Shown: in pieces, positions 21,993 to 32,634 of the stretch
How the letters are laid out: every line of letters starts with the position of its first letter
Numbering within the stretch: position 1 is the first letter of the stretch
DNA from: Corallochytrium limacisporum Hawaii
Taxonomy: Eukaryota > Protista > Pluriformea
Reading direction: 5' to 3'
Assembly: GCA_002811645.1 (NCBI GenBank)
Contig: PDIP01000026.1
Coordinates: forward strand, 1-64,000
DNA: 64,000 nucleotides
Translations under genes and position numbers: made by a program
Notes under the pieces: generated by a model
Seen by the model: only the letters and a program-made list of their open reading frames with translations
Databases searched by the model: none
What the model was told of the DNA's origin: nothing

Positions 21993-22806
21993 TGTACGAA
22001 TGAACGCATCCGATATTCAGTCAACAAGCCTGCAAAGAAACATGTGGTCCGAAGACATGTGTCCTCTACGCACTGTTACCATCCACCCATTCTTCGGGGC
22101 CGAAACTCCCGGAAAAGCAGTTTATGTCAGAATGCGCCATAATTGGCAAGCGGAGCGGGTCAGAAAATGGGAGCGGAGCCCGGCCTTACGCAACGAAAAA
22201 GGGGGGGGGGCCGGGAGGGAGAGGGCTCATTTGCAAAGTTGGATCCTTCGGTCAGTTTTGTGTGGCGTTCTCTCGCCGTTTCTTCGGATGTCGGCTGCGC
22301 AAGGAAGGTGGTAGGCTTGTTTTGGATGAGGGAAGGGAAGTGAGTGGAGCATTCGAGGCGGGTGAGAAAAAACCAAAGTTGGCGTCAGCATGCGCTCTTG
22401 CGGTGCTCTCTGTGGGGCATTGGAAAAGAACGCCGGGTTGGAGGGCGGGTTTGATTCTCGCCTCATTTACACCTGCCCATCGCGCCCCCCAAACTTTCCC
22501 TTTGCTCCCTCTACTTGGATCACCATTGCGGTCTCCATGGTGGGCGCATTGGCACGGTGTGCTTGTGCATAGGGAGTCCACAAAACGGCCTGCCCTACGC
22601 TCTGCAAACTATTGAATGATGGCCAGTATTATGATCTAGGGTAACTGGATCATGCGCTTTTCTGGCCAGCAGTAATGCGGGGATTTGTTCTATACTAAGT
22701 TCAGGTATGAGCCTGACATTTAGCTATTAAGAAACAGACTTTGCGTCTGCTGAGAAATCTTATGAGCATTCACAAACTTGATTCGCATAGATCGACAATT
22801 ACGGAC

Positions 22807-24378
22807 ATGACATCTGCTGCTACTCTCACAAGTCAGGTCAGTACACCTAGATTGAGTTTCAAGGATGACATTACAAAACAGGTAACCAGCAATGGATATC
22901 CAGAAAACAGTAGTAAACCTGCGGACAGTATAAGCAAGTCTTCAGAGACGAGTGTCAGAACTCTTAACACCAGAGATGGTGTAGGTGTGAGACAGCGTAC
23001 GGAGGTGGCCTCGACCAATGATCTGTTTGACGATGGGCATCAGGTCGAAGAAAGCTTAGCGACTTCCGCTGTTACAGAAGGAAATCGACTCGAGCCTAGA
23101 ATTGATTCGAAGGATGGGTATCCGCAGGTAGCTGGTGTTTTCTGCATTATCTTCGTAGTCGGAGGGTTAAGCCTGTCCTGGGGTATATACATTCCACGTA
23201 TTGTTGATGACATGAACACGTCCTTGGCTATGGCATCTTTTGCCGGTGGTCTCGCAATGACTGTCAGGGCAGCAGTAGCACCGTGGGCGGGCAGTTGGCC
23301 CGGAAGGTTCGGATCGCAGAGGGTGGTCGCCGCCGGTGGGGTTGTTATTAGCGTCGGACTAATCGGTAGCAGTTTTGCAACCGACGTCTGGGAACTGTAT
23401 GTGTTCTACGGTCTGATGGTTGGTATGGGACTGAGCTTGCTGCTCTTCCCAGGATCGTATATTATTATTCAATGGTACCGCAAAAAGAAGGCGACAATGC
23501 TTGGCGTTGCCCTTGCAAGTATGGGCATTGGCAGCTTTGTCTTTAATGTAGTGGCTGCGCTACTGATTAACCGGTACGGCTGGAGAGGTGCGTTGCGAAT
23601 TACAGTGGTGATGGTATCTGCCCTCCTGTCCATCGCTTTGCTACTCATCAGAGATCGTGTACCTCCAAGAAAAGTGAGCACGCGTCTGGACTGGCATCTG
23701 TTCAGGGACGTGCGGTTCCTCCTGGTCTTCTTGAGCAACGTGTGTTTCAGTTTCGGCTACGCCGCACCATTCTTTTTCACGGTCACTTGGGCAGAGCGCC
23801 ACGGTATGTCCAGCACTGTTGCTGCCATTGCCACGGGTTTCATTGCCATATCCACCGGTCTCGGCACACCGGTACAAGGCTGGATCGGTGACCGGACCTC
23901 CCGAGATATAGTGTTTGTGGTGTGTATGTTGTGCGCTGGAGCAGTACTCTTCGTGTGGCCAGTCTGCAAGACGGAGTGGTCGCTGCTGCTAGTATCGCTC
24001 CTCTATGGTTTCGCCACAGGTGGCCAATCAGCCAATACCGCAGCGATCATCACGGATTGGTTCCCAAGGCATGACCCGGGCAAGGTCAATGGTTTGAGCG
24101 GCGCAGGCAGGGCAGTGGGGGAGCTGTTCGGCCCTGTTCTGATTGCCATGTTATTTGACACGAGCCCTGAAGCTGCGTTTATGCTTTCCGGTGCCTTTAT
24201 GATGTTTACAGGCATAAGCATCTACGTTGGGTCCATTTGGCCAATGATCAGCAATGGCTCAACTTTAGACAATGTTTCGTACACATCTGTAACCCAAAGG
24301 CGTGAATCTGAGGAGCAGCAGGGCGCTGTTGATCTGCCCATGACAGGAATCAGCAGGAACTCCAGCTCCTCGTTATAG
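22807..24378 (+). CDS. MFS array copy 6
   Basis: Intact ORF. ATG 22807 (MTSAATLTSQ) aligns with the paralogue starts. Confidence 0.9.
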   Translation: MTSAATLTSQVSTPRLSFKDDITKQVTSNGYPENSSKPADSISKSSETSVRTLNTRDGVGVRQRTEVASTNDLFDDGHQVEESLATSAVTEGNRLEPRIDSKDGYPQVAGVFCIIFVVGGLSLSWGIYIPRIVDDMNTSLAMASFAGGLAMTVRAAVAPWAGSWPGRFGSQRVVAAGGVVISVGLIGSSFATDVWELYVFYGLMVGMGLSLLLFPGSYIIIQWYRKKKATMLGVALASMGIGSFVFNVVAALLINRYGWRGALRITVVMVSALLSIALLLIRDRVPPRKVSTRLDWHLFRDVRFLLVFLSNVCFSFGYAAPFFFTVTWAERHGMSSTVAAIATGFIAISTGLGTPVQGWIGDRTSRDIVFVVCMLCAGAVLFVWPVCKTEWSLLLVSLLYGFATGGQSANTAAIITDWFPRHDPGKVNGLSGAGRAVGELFGPVLIAMLFDTSPEAAFMLSGAFMMFTGISIYVGSIWPMISNGSTLDNVSYTSVTQRRESEEQQGAVDLPMTGISRNSSSSL

Positions 24379-25859
24379 TGTGCATCTGAATCTTCATTAA
24401 ATTTCTTAAATGAAAGATTTCGTCTGCTCTATCCTCTCCCTCCCCCGCCCCTCCCCCCCAAACGGTGTGACTTTTCGTTTCCTCGCCGCCCCGCGGCATT
24501 CCCTCCCCTGTCTCCGGTGCATGTACTTTGCATTCCCTGCACCGAAGGGTAAACGGTTTCGTCGCGGGCTGCCAAGTTTGGGATGCTGCGGCTTGAGATC
24601 CTCTACATACTGTTGCAGTGAGCAACAAAGAGATTTATCTCGATTAAGGTTAGATGCACCGATCCTTAGTTTGTCAATGTGAGTTGGCCTCCGACGACTG
24701 GAGTGCATAGCTGTTTCGTGTGCCAAGGGTGATTGCGGTACAGACCATCCGGCGTGTCTGTCACTTTGACGAGCTTCGTCGACCATTGATAACAGTTCGT
24801 TCCTTAGACCACAGGTCGTTGACGTTTTAGATCTCTTCAACATATCATGCCGTGACCGATTGCATTTTAGTGACAGCCTAAACCTGGCCAGTGAGCACAT
24901 CAATGACGCGGATTGGCGCGAAACCCCGCAGTCGTAAGTGTGTGCGAATCGTTGCGCATCTGAACTAAGCACCAGGGTGGAGGTGTTACAAGTAATGTTG
25001 GCTTTGGGTTCACATAGTTTGTTCACAGCTGCCAGTGTACTCGACGTCTGTCCGAACTTTTCATCGTCTTCTTGCTTTCCCGGGGGCGCTTTCATACGCC
25101 ACTGTGTAGGCTTCCGGCCCCGTATTGCGCAAGATGCCAGTTTGTCTTGCGTACCAAGTACACAATACTAATTTGGTAATCGCACGCAACCAATGCGATC
25201 CTCCGTATTCAGGGTATTACCGAAGATTCTGGCTCTCCAGTCAAAATCCTTATGGTTCTAGTCTATTCGCTTCCAAAGATGACGCACCATCGTCCGGCAT
25301 CTACCACCAGGGCGCCACCAAAACTATGAAACCGGAACAGTATCATGCTTGCTGCATGCATGCACGCAATGTTCAGCTACTGTTTGGGTTTGTCTCCATA
25401 CAATTCCGCCCGAAGATTCGGACGTTTGCCGTTTGAGTATGTAAACATTCCGTAGCAGAACCCGCAGAAGGCTCGGAATCATGCCGAGGGTAGATAGTGA
25501 CGCAAAACCGTACGGCCCCGCCCCTCCATTTTGAGGAGGGGGAGGGGGGGAAAGGGTACGTCTCAGGCGACGCCAGTGACTTTACAAATGTAAGGTAGTT
25601 TGATCCGTGTGGTCGTCGACGTGTGCGTTGCTTCGAACCACGGGTTACCTCTCAGTCCTGATTTAAGGTCGTGCATGCTTGGCTTAAGAAGGATTCCACA
25701 GGCTCTGTTTTGGAATTGGATGAGAAGGCGTGGGGGTTCGGCCTTGTTTTGAATCGTCCAGGTATATAAAGTGAGCAATGATGTGATGATCTCAGTAGCC
25801 TGCAGTTCTGTAAATAGTTTGTGTCTTATACCCTTCGTAACCTCAAATAACAGGACAGA

Positions 25860-27521
25860 ATGCGGCTTTTCTTTAACCTCATTGTTCTGACCACTCTTGT
25901 GAGTCTGACCCGGGCCGAAGTTGTCCTGGTCCTCTGCCACGGACTCTTCGGTTGGGGAGAGGACGACATGCTCTTTGATTACTGGGGCTTTCAGTATGAT
26001 GGGTTCCGGGCTCCCTTTGGTGCTGATGAGGATACCATCGGCAACGATGTCAAAATCTTCCAGGCCTCTGTAGGTCCCATCAGCAGTAGCTACGACCGCG
26101 CTCGGGAATTGTTCTATCAGATAAAGGGAGGCACGGTCGACTACGGGGCTGACCATGGAACACGCTTCGGGCACGCCCGCTTTGGCAAGACCTATGAAGG
26201 ATTCTATCCCGAATGGGACGGATCTCATCCAATTAATCTGATGGGTCATTCTCTCGGTGGTCCTACGATCCGCATGATGTACGACATGCTGGCTAATGGA
26301 GGATTTGAGGGTCATGATACAGACAGTTCTTGGGTCTTCAGCATTGCCACGGTCACAGGTGTGAACAATGGTGCTACTTTATTGGGAGACAGTAAATCTG
26401 AAAATTTCAACGATTCTGAGCTTTCCTGGCTGCCAGTCAATTTGTTCACGCCTTTGCTGCAGGTTCTGGGTCTGAGCGCCATCACGTTGGACGACACCTT
26501 CTACCCCCTCCATCTAGAGCACTGGGGCTACAAGCAGGACAGCGATGAATCCATTCTCAGCTACATTCTCTCTATTTTTGAGAAGGAAGACAACAACATG
26601 TTCGCCGACATTGACAACGGTGCCTCGTCTTGTACTCTTGCCAATTTATTTAACTTCAACGCACGTGCTGTGGATCGCATCTCTGCGACTACACCGCCGC
26701 AATCGACATTCTTCTTTGCGTTCTACGACGACGAGACCTGGTACAATATCTTCACCGGTCATGAGGTACCATTGCCAACCATGTTCCTACCTCTTCAGCC
26801 CCTTGGCTACATGGAAGGAATTTTTCGATTTGATGAGAATGGTATCTGCCCCGAATGCAACCAGCAGCTTGGAGAATGGCGAGTCAATGACGCCCTGGTA
26901 CCACGCATTGCCCAGAAGCATCCGCTTACCGCCGAGTGTCGCGCTTCTCCTCACTCCGCGAACTGTGCGGAGGGCGTGGAGAACAAATTTGCCAGCATTA
27001 ATGCAAATACCCCCTCAGATACTTTAGTCCCGGGAGTTTGGTACGAGCAAGAATTTGATCCAGATGGCTCTTGGGACCATCTGGACGTCATCTTTAGTGC
27101 CATTGACCGGCCCTTCCATGACGGCCGCTACCGTACAGATTTCTATGTGAAGCATATTCAGCGCATCCGTGAACTACAGACACGATTTGGTGTCAATGGA
27201 TCGGGAGCGGCTGGTCTGACCGTGAGGTCTGCCGATGCCGTCAGCAGCAATAATAGAGATGTCGTCGAACTCGGGCCCGCTCTTGGACCATCCAGTCCAG
27301 AGGTCGCCCGGCGCGCTGCCGATGTGCCCGCTGACCCATACCTCGCCCCTACGAAGACGGGCCGTAAGCACGCCAGCGATACAGGAGTATCCACAGCAAC
27401 AATTGCTGGTATTGGAGCTGTCGTTGGAATAGTGTCCATTGCCGGCGTCATCGGTGGCGTACTTGTGTTCCGGCACCGTCGACAGCCAGTGGACACAAAC
27501 CTCAAGCCGGGCATTGTTTGA
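25860..27521 (+). CDS. Secretory-pathway triacylglycerol lipase (Staphylococcus/Geobacillus family I.5/I.6-like) with C-terminal TM anchor
   Basis: Signal peptide, HGLFGWG oxyanion motif, GPISSSYDRARELFYQIKGGTVDYG, GHSLGG nucleophile, NDALV (Asp), WDHLD (His), TM followed by RHRR. Confidence 0.85.
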   Translation: MRLFFNLIVLTTLVSLTRAEVVLVLCHGLFGWGEDDMLFDYWGFQYDGFRAPFGADEDTIGNDVKIFQASVGPISSSYDRARELFYQIKGGTVDYGADHGTRFGHARFGKTYEGFYPEWDGSHPINLMGHSLGGPTIRMMYDMLANGGFEGHDTDSSWVFSIATVTGVNNGATLLGDSKSENFNDSELSWLPVNLFTPLLQVLGLSAITLDDTFYPLHLEHWGYKQDSDESILSYILSIFEKEDNNMFADIDNGASSCTLANLFNFNARAVDRISATTPPQSTFFFAFYDDETWYNIFTGHEVPLPTMFLPLQPLGYMEGIFRFDENGICPECNQQLGEWRVNDALVPRIAQKHPLTAECRASPHSANCAEGVENKFASINANTPSDTLVPGVWYEQEFDPDGSWDHLDVIFSAIDRPFHDGRYRTDFYVKHIQRIRELQTRFGVNGSGAAGLTVRSADAVSSNNRDVVELGPALGPSSPEVARRAADVPADPYLAPTKTGRKHASDTGVSTATIAGIGAVVGIVSIAGVIGGVLVFRHRRQPVDTNLKPGIV

Positions 27522-27730
27522 TGAGATCATCAAACAATGGCAGTGTAATTGCCGTACGACCTTCAGGATTATGCTCATCTCATAAACGTGTTTTGAAGGA
27601 ATTCATTTCCATTGAATGTGTTAGCGGGAGATTTAAGCCTTTTGGCGTTCGTCAATGGCTCTTGACATTCACATGTTGGTTTTGTGAAGTCTGTCAGCTT
27701 GTGGCAGAAGCTTTGCAGTCTCTTCAGACG

Positions 27731-27844
27731 TCAACGGCGATCAGCGGCAAGGGCCAGACGACGAATATTGCCAATGCATCCTGAAGCAGCGTCTTGTAGC
27801 TGTTCATCGTTCGCATCGACCATGTCCAGCAGGTGACCAACTAC
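27731..27844 (-). pseudogene. ARMC4: Orphan C-terminal fragment (37 aa plus stop) of ARMC4/ODAD2, outer dynein arm docking protein
   Basis: [37 protein letters not shown] matches recalled ARMC4 end [36 protein letters not shown]. No upstream ARM repeats are recognisable in the window. Confidence 0.7.
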
Positions 27845-28943
27845 CCTCTTCCCAGCGCCCCACCCCCTTCTCCTCCGCTTCGACCTCTTCCCTGCGCAGT
27901 TTGCCGTCACCGCCGCGCGTGGGTCGGGAGTCCATAAATTTTTATGCCCCCCGGAGGGGGGGGGGTGGTGGGGTTTCCCCGGTCCCGCTGCCTCTTTGAA
28001 CTGACTCGCTCTGCTCCTCCGGGGTTCCCATAAAACTGCTAACCTCTTGTTTTGAATTAAATTCATTCCTCTGCCAACTTTTTTGAAGCCCCAGCGCCCC
28101 TAAAACCGACCCCGGCTCGACAACTGCGGATTGATGGGAAATCTCTGCGCGCTCCATTGCGCTCCTCCTCCGTTATTTGCATTATTTCTCTACGAGTGCG
28201 GTAGAAGACTGGGACGGTGGTGGTGCCAGCCGAGACCTAGTTCTCGTGGCCTTATCGCTACTTTTTCCTGCGGTGTCCCCCGGGGTAACTCTCACCTCCA
28301 CACGGCAGGGACGAAAACACACGGGTTTTTCTCGACGAAAACGACAGAGAGGAACCCAAAACAAGAATGTGTAAAGAAGAAAACTAGCCTCCAAGTATTC
28401 TCATAGCGGGGCCGTACCTAGCAAAGGGGGGAGGGGGGGGGGCTTCTGTTCCTTGAAAAGCGCCTGGCAAACGACCCGGACTCGGGTGATCCGGGAGTGC
28501 TGACAGGCCGCAAGCAACCGACCCGCCAGCTGAAGGGTTCGGTCAGCAGCAGGCACTCTACTGCCCTCTCTGCCCCCCCCCCTTCCTCGCCCTGGTTTGA
28601 CCGCCTTCCCTAAACCCACCTCGTCACTGCGTTGCATTATTTTGGCTTTTCGTGAGAGGGAGGCTCTAATTCCTTCCTGCTTCTGCCCACGTTTCCTACT
28701 GCGTGAAGATTGGGGCTGGCCGTTTCCGATGGCAATGCAACACTTGGTGGCTGGGCTTCACTCCCAACTTGTTTTGCAGGTCCCTCGTACAGCCACACAG
28801 TGACCTGTCGTCAGCAACAATCGAATGCAGGTTCCGACCCGCTGGCTATTTGGAGCCAACTGCAGGACCATGAGCTTCTTGACCAAAGAATCCGGTCACA
28901 AACGCAGACCAAGAAACGTTTCTGCCGTGGAGAATTTGATACC

Positions 28944-30137
28944 ATGGTTGCAAACGGGGCGAATGGGACGTCCAAGTCCCACTTTTCTGTGGACGACATA
29001 GAGAACCTCTTCCGTGCCAATGTAAAGGAATTGGTGCCTTACAGGTGTGCGCGGGACGATTACACTGACGGGATCTTGCTGGATGCCAACGAGAACAGCG
29101 TTGGCGCACCGTTCGCAGACGAAGGTTTGGAACTGAATCGGTACCCGGACCCGCGCATGAACGAATTGAAGACACGGTTACTGCAGACCAAGAGCTTGGA
29201 CCAAGCTCTGACTCATGAGAACATGTTCCTCGGTGTTGGAAGCGACGAAGCCATTGATTTGCTCCTGCGGATCACATGCCGTCCTGGCCAAGACAAGATC
29301 CTGATCTGCCCTCCCACTTACGGGATGTACAAGGTTTGTGCCAAGATCAACGATCTAGAAGTCGTGCAAGTACCCTTGTTGCCAGAAGTATTTCAGCTTG
29401 ACCTAGCGGCCATCAACGACGTGGTAACCGCTGATGTAGAAAACAAGATCAAGGTGCTTTGGATCTGCAGCCCCAACAACCCCACAGCCAATGCGCTGAA
29501 ACGGGAAGACATTGTCGCTGTGCTTGAGAACCCGAACTTTAAAGGCGTCGTAGTCGTGGATGAGGCGTACATTGATTTTGTCGAGGCCATGGAGCACAAT
29601 GGATCACTGGCGACCACCTCGACCGCTACTCTCATCAGCACCTATCCGAACCTCGTCGTCATGCACACCATGTCCAAGGGATGGGGACTGGCCGGTGTGC
29701 GCTTAGGTATGGCCTACGGTAGTCCACGCGTCATTGATATTATGAATCGTGTCAAAGCACCATACAATGTCAGCTCACTGGCCATGGACGCCGTATCGAA
29801 GGCTCTGGATAACAGGGAAAAGGTCAAGTCAGTAGTACAGTACCTCACCACCCAGCGGATCGCTTTCGAACAGGGACTGAAGGAGCTCATGGCTCGGAAC
29901 GCGGGCGTTACAAAGGTCTACCCTTCGGATGCAAACTTCATTCTCTTCCAGGTGGACCCGGCTCTTTACGACGCAAAGAAAGTCTACTGCGACCTCGCCG
30001 ATGGCGGAATCGTCAGCCGGTTCCGTGGTGATCAGAAGCACTGCGACAATTGTATTCGAGTCTCTGTGGGCAAGGAAGAAGAGAACAAAGAGTATTTGAA
30101 GCGTCTGGAGGTACGGTTGAAGACCCATGACAAATAA
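28944..30137 (+). CDS. HIS5: Histidinol-phosphate aminotransferase
   Basis: PYRCARDDY, LLDANEN, LNRYPDP, GVGSDEAID, CSPNNPT, VVVDEAYIDF, TMSKGWGLAGVRLG (PLP lysine). First ATG is at 28944. Confidence 0.95.
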   Translation: MVANGANGTSKSHFSVDDIENLFRANVKELVPYRCARDDYTDGILLDANENSVGAPFADEGLELNRYPDPRMNELKTRLLQTKSLDQALTHENMFLGVGSDEAIDLLLRITCRPGQDKILICPPTYGMYKVCAKINDLEVVQVPLLPEVFQLDLAAINDVVTADVENKIKVLWICSPNNPTANALKREDIVAVLENPNFKGVVVVDEAYIDFVEAMEHNGSLATTSTATLISTYPNLVVMHTMSKGWGLAGVRLGMAYGSPRVIDIMNRVKAPYNVSSLAMDAVSKALDNREKVKSVVQYLTTQRIAFEQGLKELMARNAGVTKVYPSDANFILFQVDPALYDAKKVYCDLADGGIVSRFRGDQKHCDNCIRVSVGKEEENKEYLKRLEVRLKTHDK

Positions 30138-30259
30138 TTAAGTCGTGGAAGCCCATATCATGAGGATTCTCCTCTCCTTCCTTTCACCCATCGTGAGTCA
30201 TATTCGTATATTTAGTGCGGAATACATGCCATCTCTGTATGTGTACATCTAGTATATTG

Positions 30260-31279
30260 TCAATTCATGTCACCGAGCTCTGTCTCAACGATAGCAATGA
30301 TGTCGTCCACGTATGGTCTTTCCTTTAGTTCTAGTGCCAGGCATGAGTCCACAATGCGTCGGAATCCAGGTCCGTACTCCTCCTTTGCTGCCTCTTCCGG
30401 CCAGCGGTAGTTCCCGTTAGCGACTGCCAGGTGGAGATCACCACCAAAACGGTTAATCATTCGTTCGAAAGGCGATTCGTTGAAAGCCATACAATACAGT
30501 AGCCCTCCCAAGCTCCATATATCAGTTCGTTCATCAAAGTCGGCTGGTGCCGAGGGATCGAAGAACTCGGGTGGTCGGTAGGGCATGGAACAGTGTTCGG
30601 CGGCAATATCCTGTAGTTTCAGCGCCTGGCTCCGGTTTTGCACGGAAAAGCGAGCAAGGGCCATGGATCCGAAGTCCATAAGCACCGGTGATCCTTCAGC
30701 AGTGTACATGATATTAGCCGGTTTGATGTCCCTGTGGGCCAAAGGTGTCCGTTGGCTGGCAGATGATTGTCCTGGCTGACCTGACCGGGGTTCCTGTGTG
30801 TAGTTGTGCAGTGCCTTCACACCTTTGCACACCTGTAGAAACTCGCGCAGGCACTGCTCTTGAGAAAGATATCCTTGAGGGCCATCTGGCCTGCGTGCAT
30901 CGCACCGATCTTGCGCTGACCCCATGGGATAGAAAGGGAAAACAAGGATCAGGTCCTCCCCGCCTGCAGTTTTCAGGGATGGCGCTGACCCGGACGCAAT
31001 TAGTGCAGTCAGATGCGGTGTGTTGGGAAAACGTTGATGGTTCTTTACCTCTCGTTGAGCAAGACGCTTTACACTGTCATCATGGAGGGTAATGCGCTTG
31101 ATTGCGACCTGACGTCCGGACTGTGCATCCTTGCCCAAATACACAAAACTGAATCCTCCTTCACCGACAAGTTTGTCCACATTGAACTCGTGGCCGTCGA
31201 CCACTATGCGTTTATTTCCGGCGCCGAAGCACTGTCCCATTATGGAATTCCCCATTAAGAAGTCTGTGACAAGGTCCAT
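30260..31279 (-). CDS. STK16: NAK-family Ser/Thr kinase STK16/Env7-like
   Basis: GEGGFSFVYL, HRDIKPAN, LMDFGS, AAEHCSMPYRPPE, DERTDIWSLG. MGQCFG at 31240 suggests a myristoyl/palmitoyl start. Confidence 0.9.
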   Translation of the reverse strand: MDLVTDFLMGNSIMGQCFGAGNKRIVVDGHEFNVDKLVGEGGFSFVYLGKDAQSGRQVAIKRITLHDDSVKRLAQREVKNHQRFPNTPHLTALIASGSAPSLKTAGGEDLILVFPFYPMGSAQDRCDARRPDGPQGYLSQEQCLREFLQVCKGVKALHNYTQEPRSGQPGQSSASQRTPLAHRDIKPANIMYTAEGSPVLMDFGSMALARFSVQNRSQALKLQDIAAEHCSMPYRPPEFFDPSAPADFDERTDIWSLGGLLYCMAFNESPFERMINRFGGDLHLAVANGNYRWPEEAAKEEYGPGFRRIVDSCLALELKERPYVDDIIAIVETELGDMN

Positions 31280-31765
31280 GCCATTTGATTTGCCTTCGTC
31301 TTGTTTTCCCTTGGAGTCACCTCAGCAATCGTGGTGGCCTTGCTGCCTATGTGAAAGTTTGCTAACTACGTCCCAGTTTTAGGCTAAGCAACTGACCAGC
31401 AGTTGTCAAATCTCTTATCGAACCAATTGTTATCAACGAATACCCTTCCACTTGCCATATCTTTTCCTTGAAGTACCTGACCTCAGAGCCGCAAAAGCGA
31501 AGGTCTTCGCTAGACTGAACGGGAGGGTCTCCCCCCCACCCAGAGGGGGGCAGCGGCGGAGCTGGACAGACCCACCCACCTTAGTCCCAAGCGCGCGGTG
31601 GCTGGTACAAGAGGCAGATCTGCATTCTGAACATGTCCATTTGCTGCAAGTTTTAGGACGGCAGTAAGAGGGATTCTCTCTTCAAGCGACTCACAGACCT
31701 TAGTATGACCATTCGGAGACCATGTAACGGTTGAGGACCAATTCAATTAAAAAAGAAGTTGATAT

Positions 31766-32590
31766 ATGGGACACCCAAGAATGTCAGGCACAGATGGAAC
31801 CACGTGTCAGGCCAGTCTGGAGTACAGCAATGAGGTCACTGCGATACTGGAGGATGAAGTGGTGTTCCTAGGCACCCGGATTGGAGCATCTTCCGCAAAT
31901 CATGGAGCAACTTTACGCTTAACTGAACGCTCCGGGATCAATTCAACCGGTGGCAAAGTTTGGAGCACAGCCAGGGCGCTGCTGGCGTACCTCGCCGCTC
32001 CCAAAACGAAGCCTCCTTTCAAATCCTTGCCAGATGTCACCATCGTTGAGGTTGGTTCGGGTACCGGTTGGCTGGCACTGCAGTTAGCAGCCAATGGTGC
32101 GAAGATGGTGATCGCCACGGACATCCCTCCGGCACTTGACGGTGTCGTGGAGAATGTGGCTGGTAACAAGGCATTGATCGGGTCGGCCGCTGGCCATGTG
32201 GAGCCCATGAAACTTGACTGGATGAATTCGGAGTCCGATCTTGCTTTAATCAAAGACAGACTGCTCCTAGCTACCGACGGGAAAAGGAGTGTGCCGGACG
32301 TGATCCTGGGAACGGACGTGGTCTTTCTAAAGACCCTGGTCGATCCATTTATAGACACACTCGCTTCTCTTTGTGGGCCGTTGACTAAACTTCTTCTTTG
32401 CCTTGAACCGCGGGACGGTCTAAGCTTTGAATACTTCATGGAGCAGGCTAAGCAGAGATTCAGGATCTAGAAGGTAAACAAAAAGGATATGGGTCTCTTC
32501 CTCGATGAAGGGGACGTCGACTATGTGCACATTCTCCAGCTGCATATCTTGACCACGAAAATTTGCTGTCATAGAGGAAAGTCAAAGTAA
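31766..32590 (+). CDS. METTL21/Methyltransf_16-type lysine methyltransferase with in-frame TAG at 32468-32470
   Basis: TGGKVW, VEVGSGTG, ATD, LDW, DVILGTDVVF. Homologous-looking sequence continues past the TAG to TAA at 32588-32590. Confidence 0.75.
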
Positions 32591-32634
32591 CATCAAAAGA
32601 TCGGCATTACTGTTTTATTTACAGGGCAAGCCTG

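Noticed and set aside
24406-25440. 229-aa minus ORF and a GALVVDAG actin-like snippet
   Set aside because: No extended homology recognisable; left as an unidentified possible relic.
25563-26315. 250-aa antisense ORF over the lipase 5' end
   Set aside because: Mostly the reverse frame of the lipase, non-ATG start, no motifs.
32468-32470. Genome-wide UAG reassignment
   Set aside because: trpB, several MFS copies, ENOPH1 and REC8 end in TAG at or near their expected C-termini.
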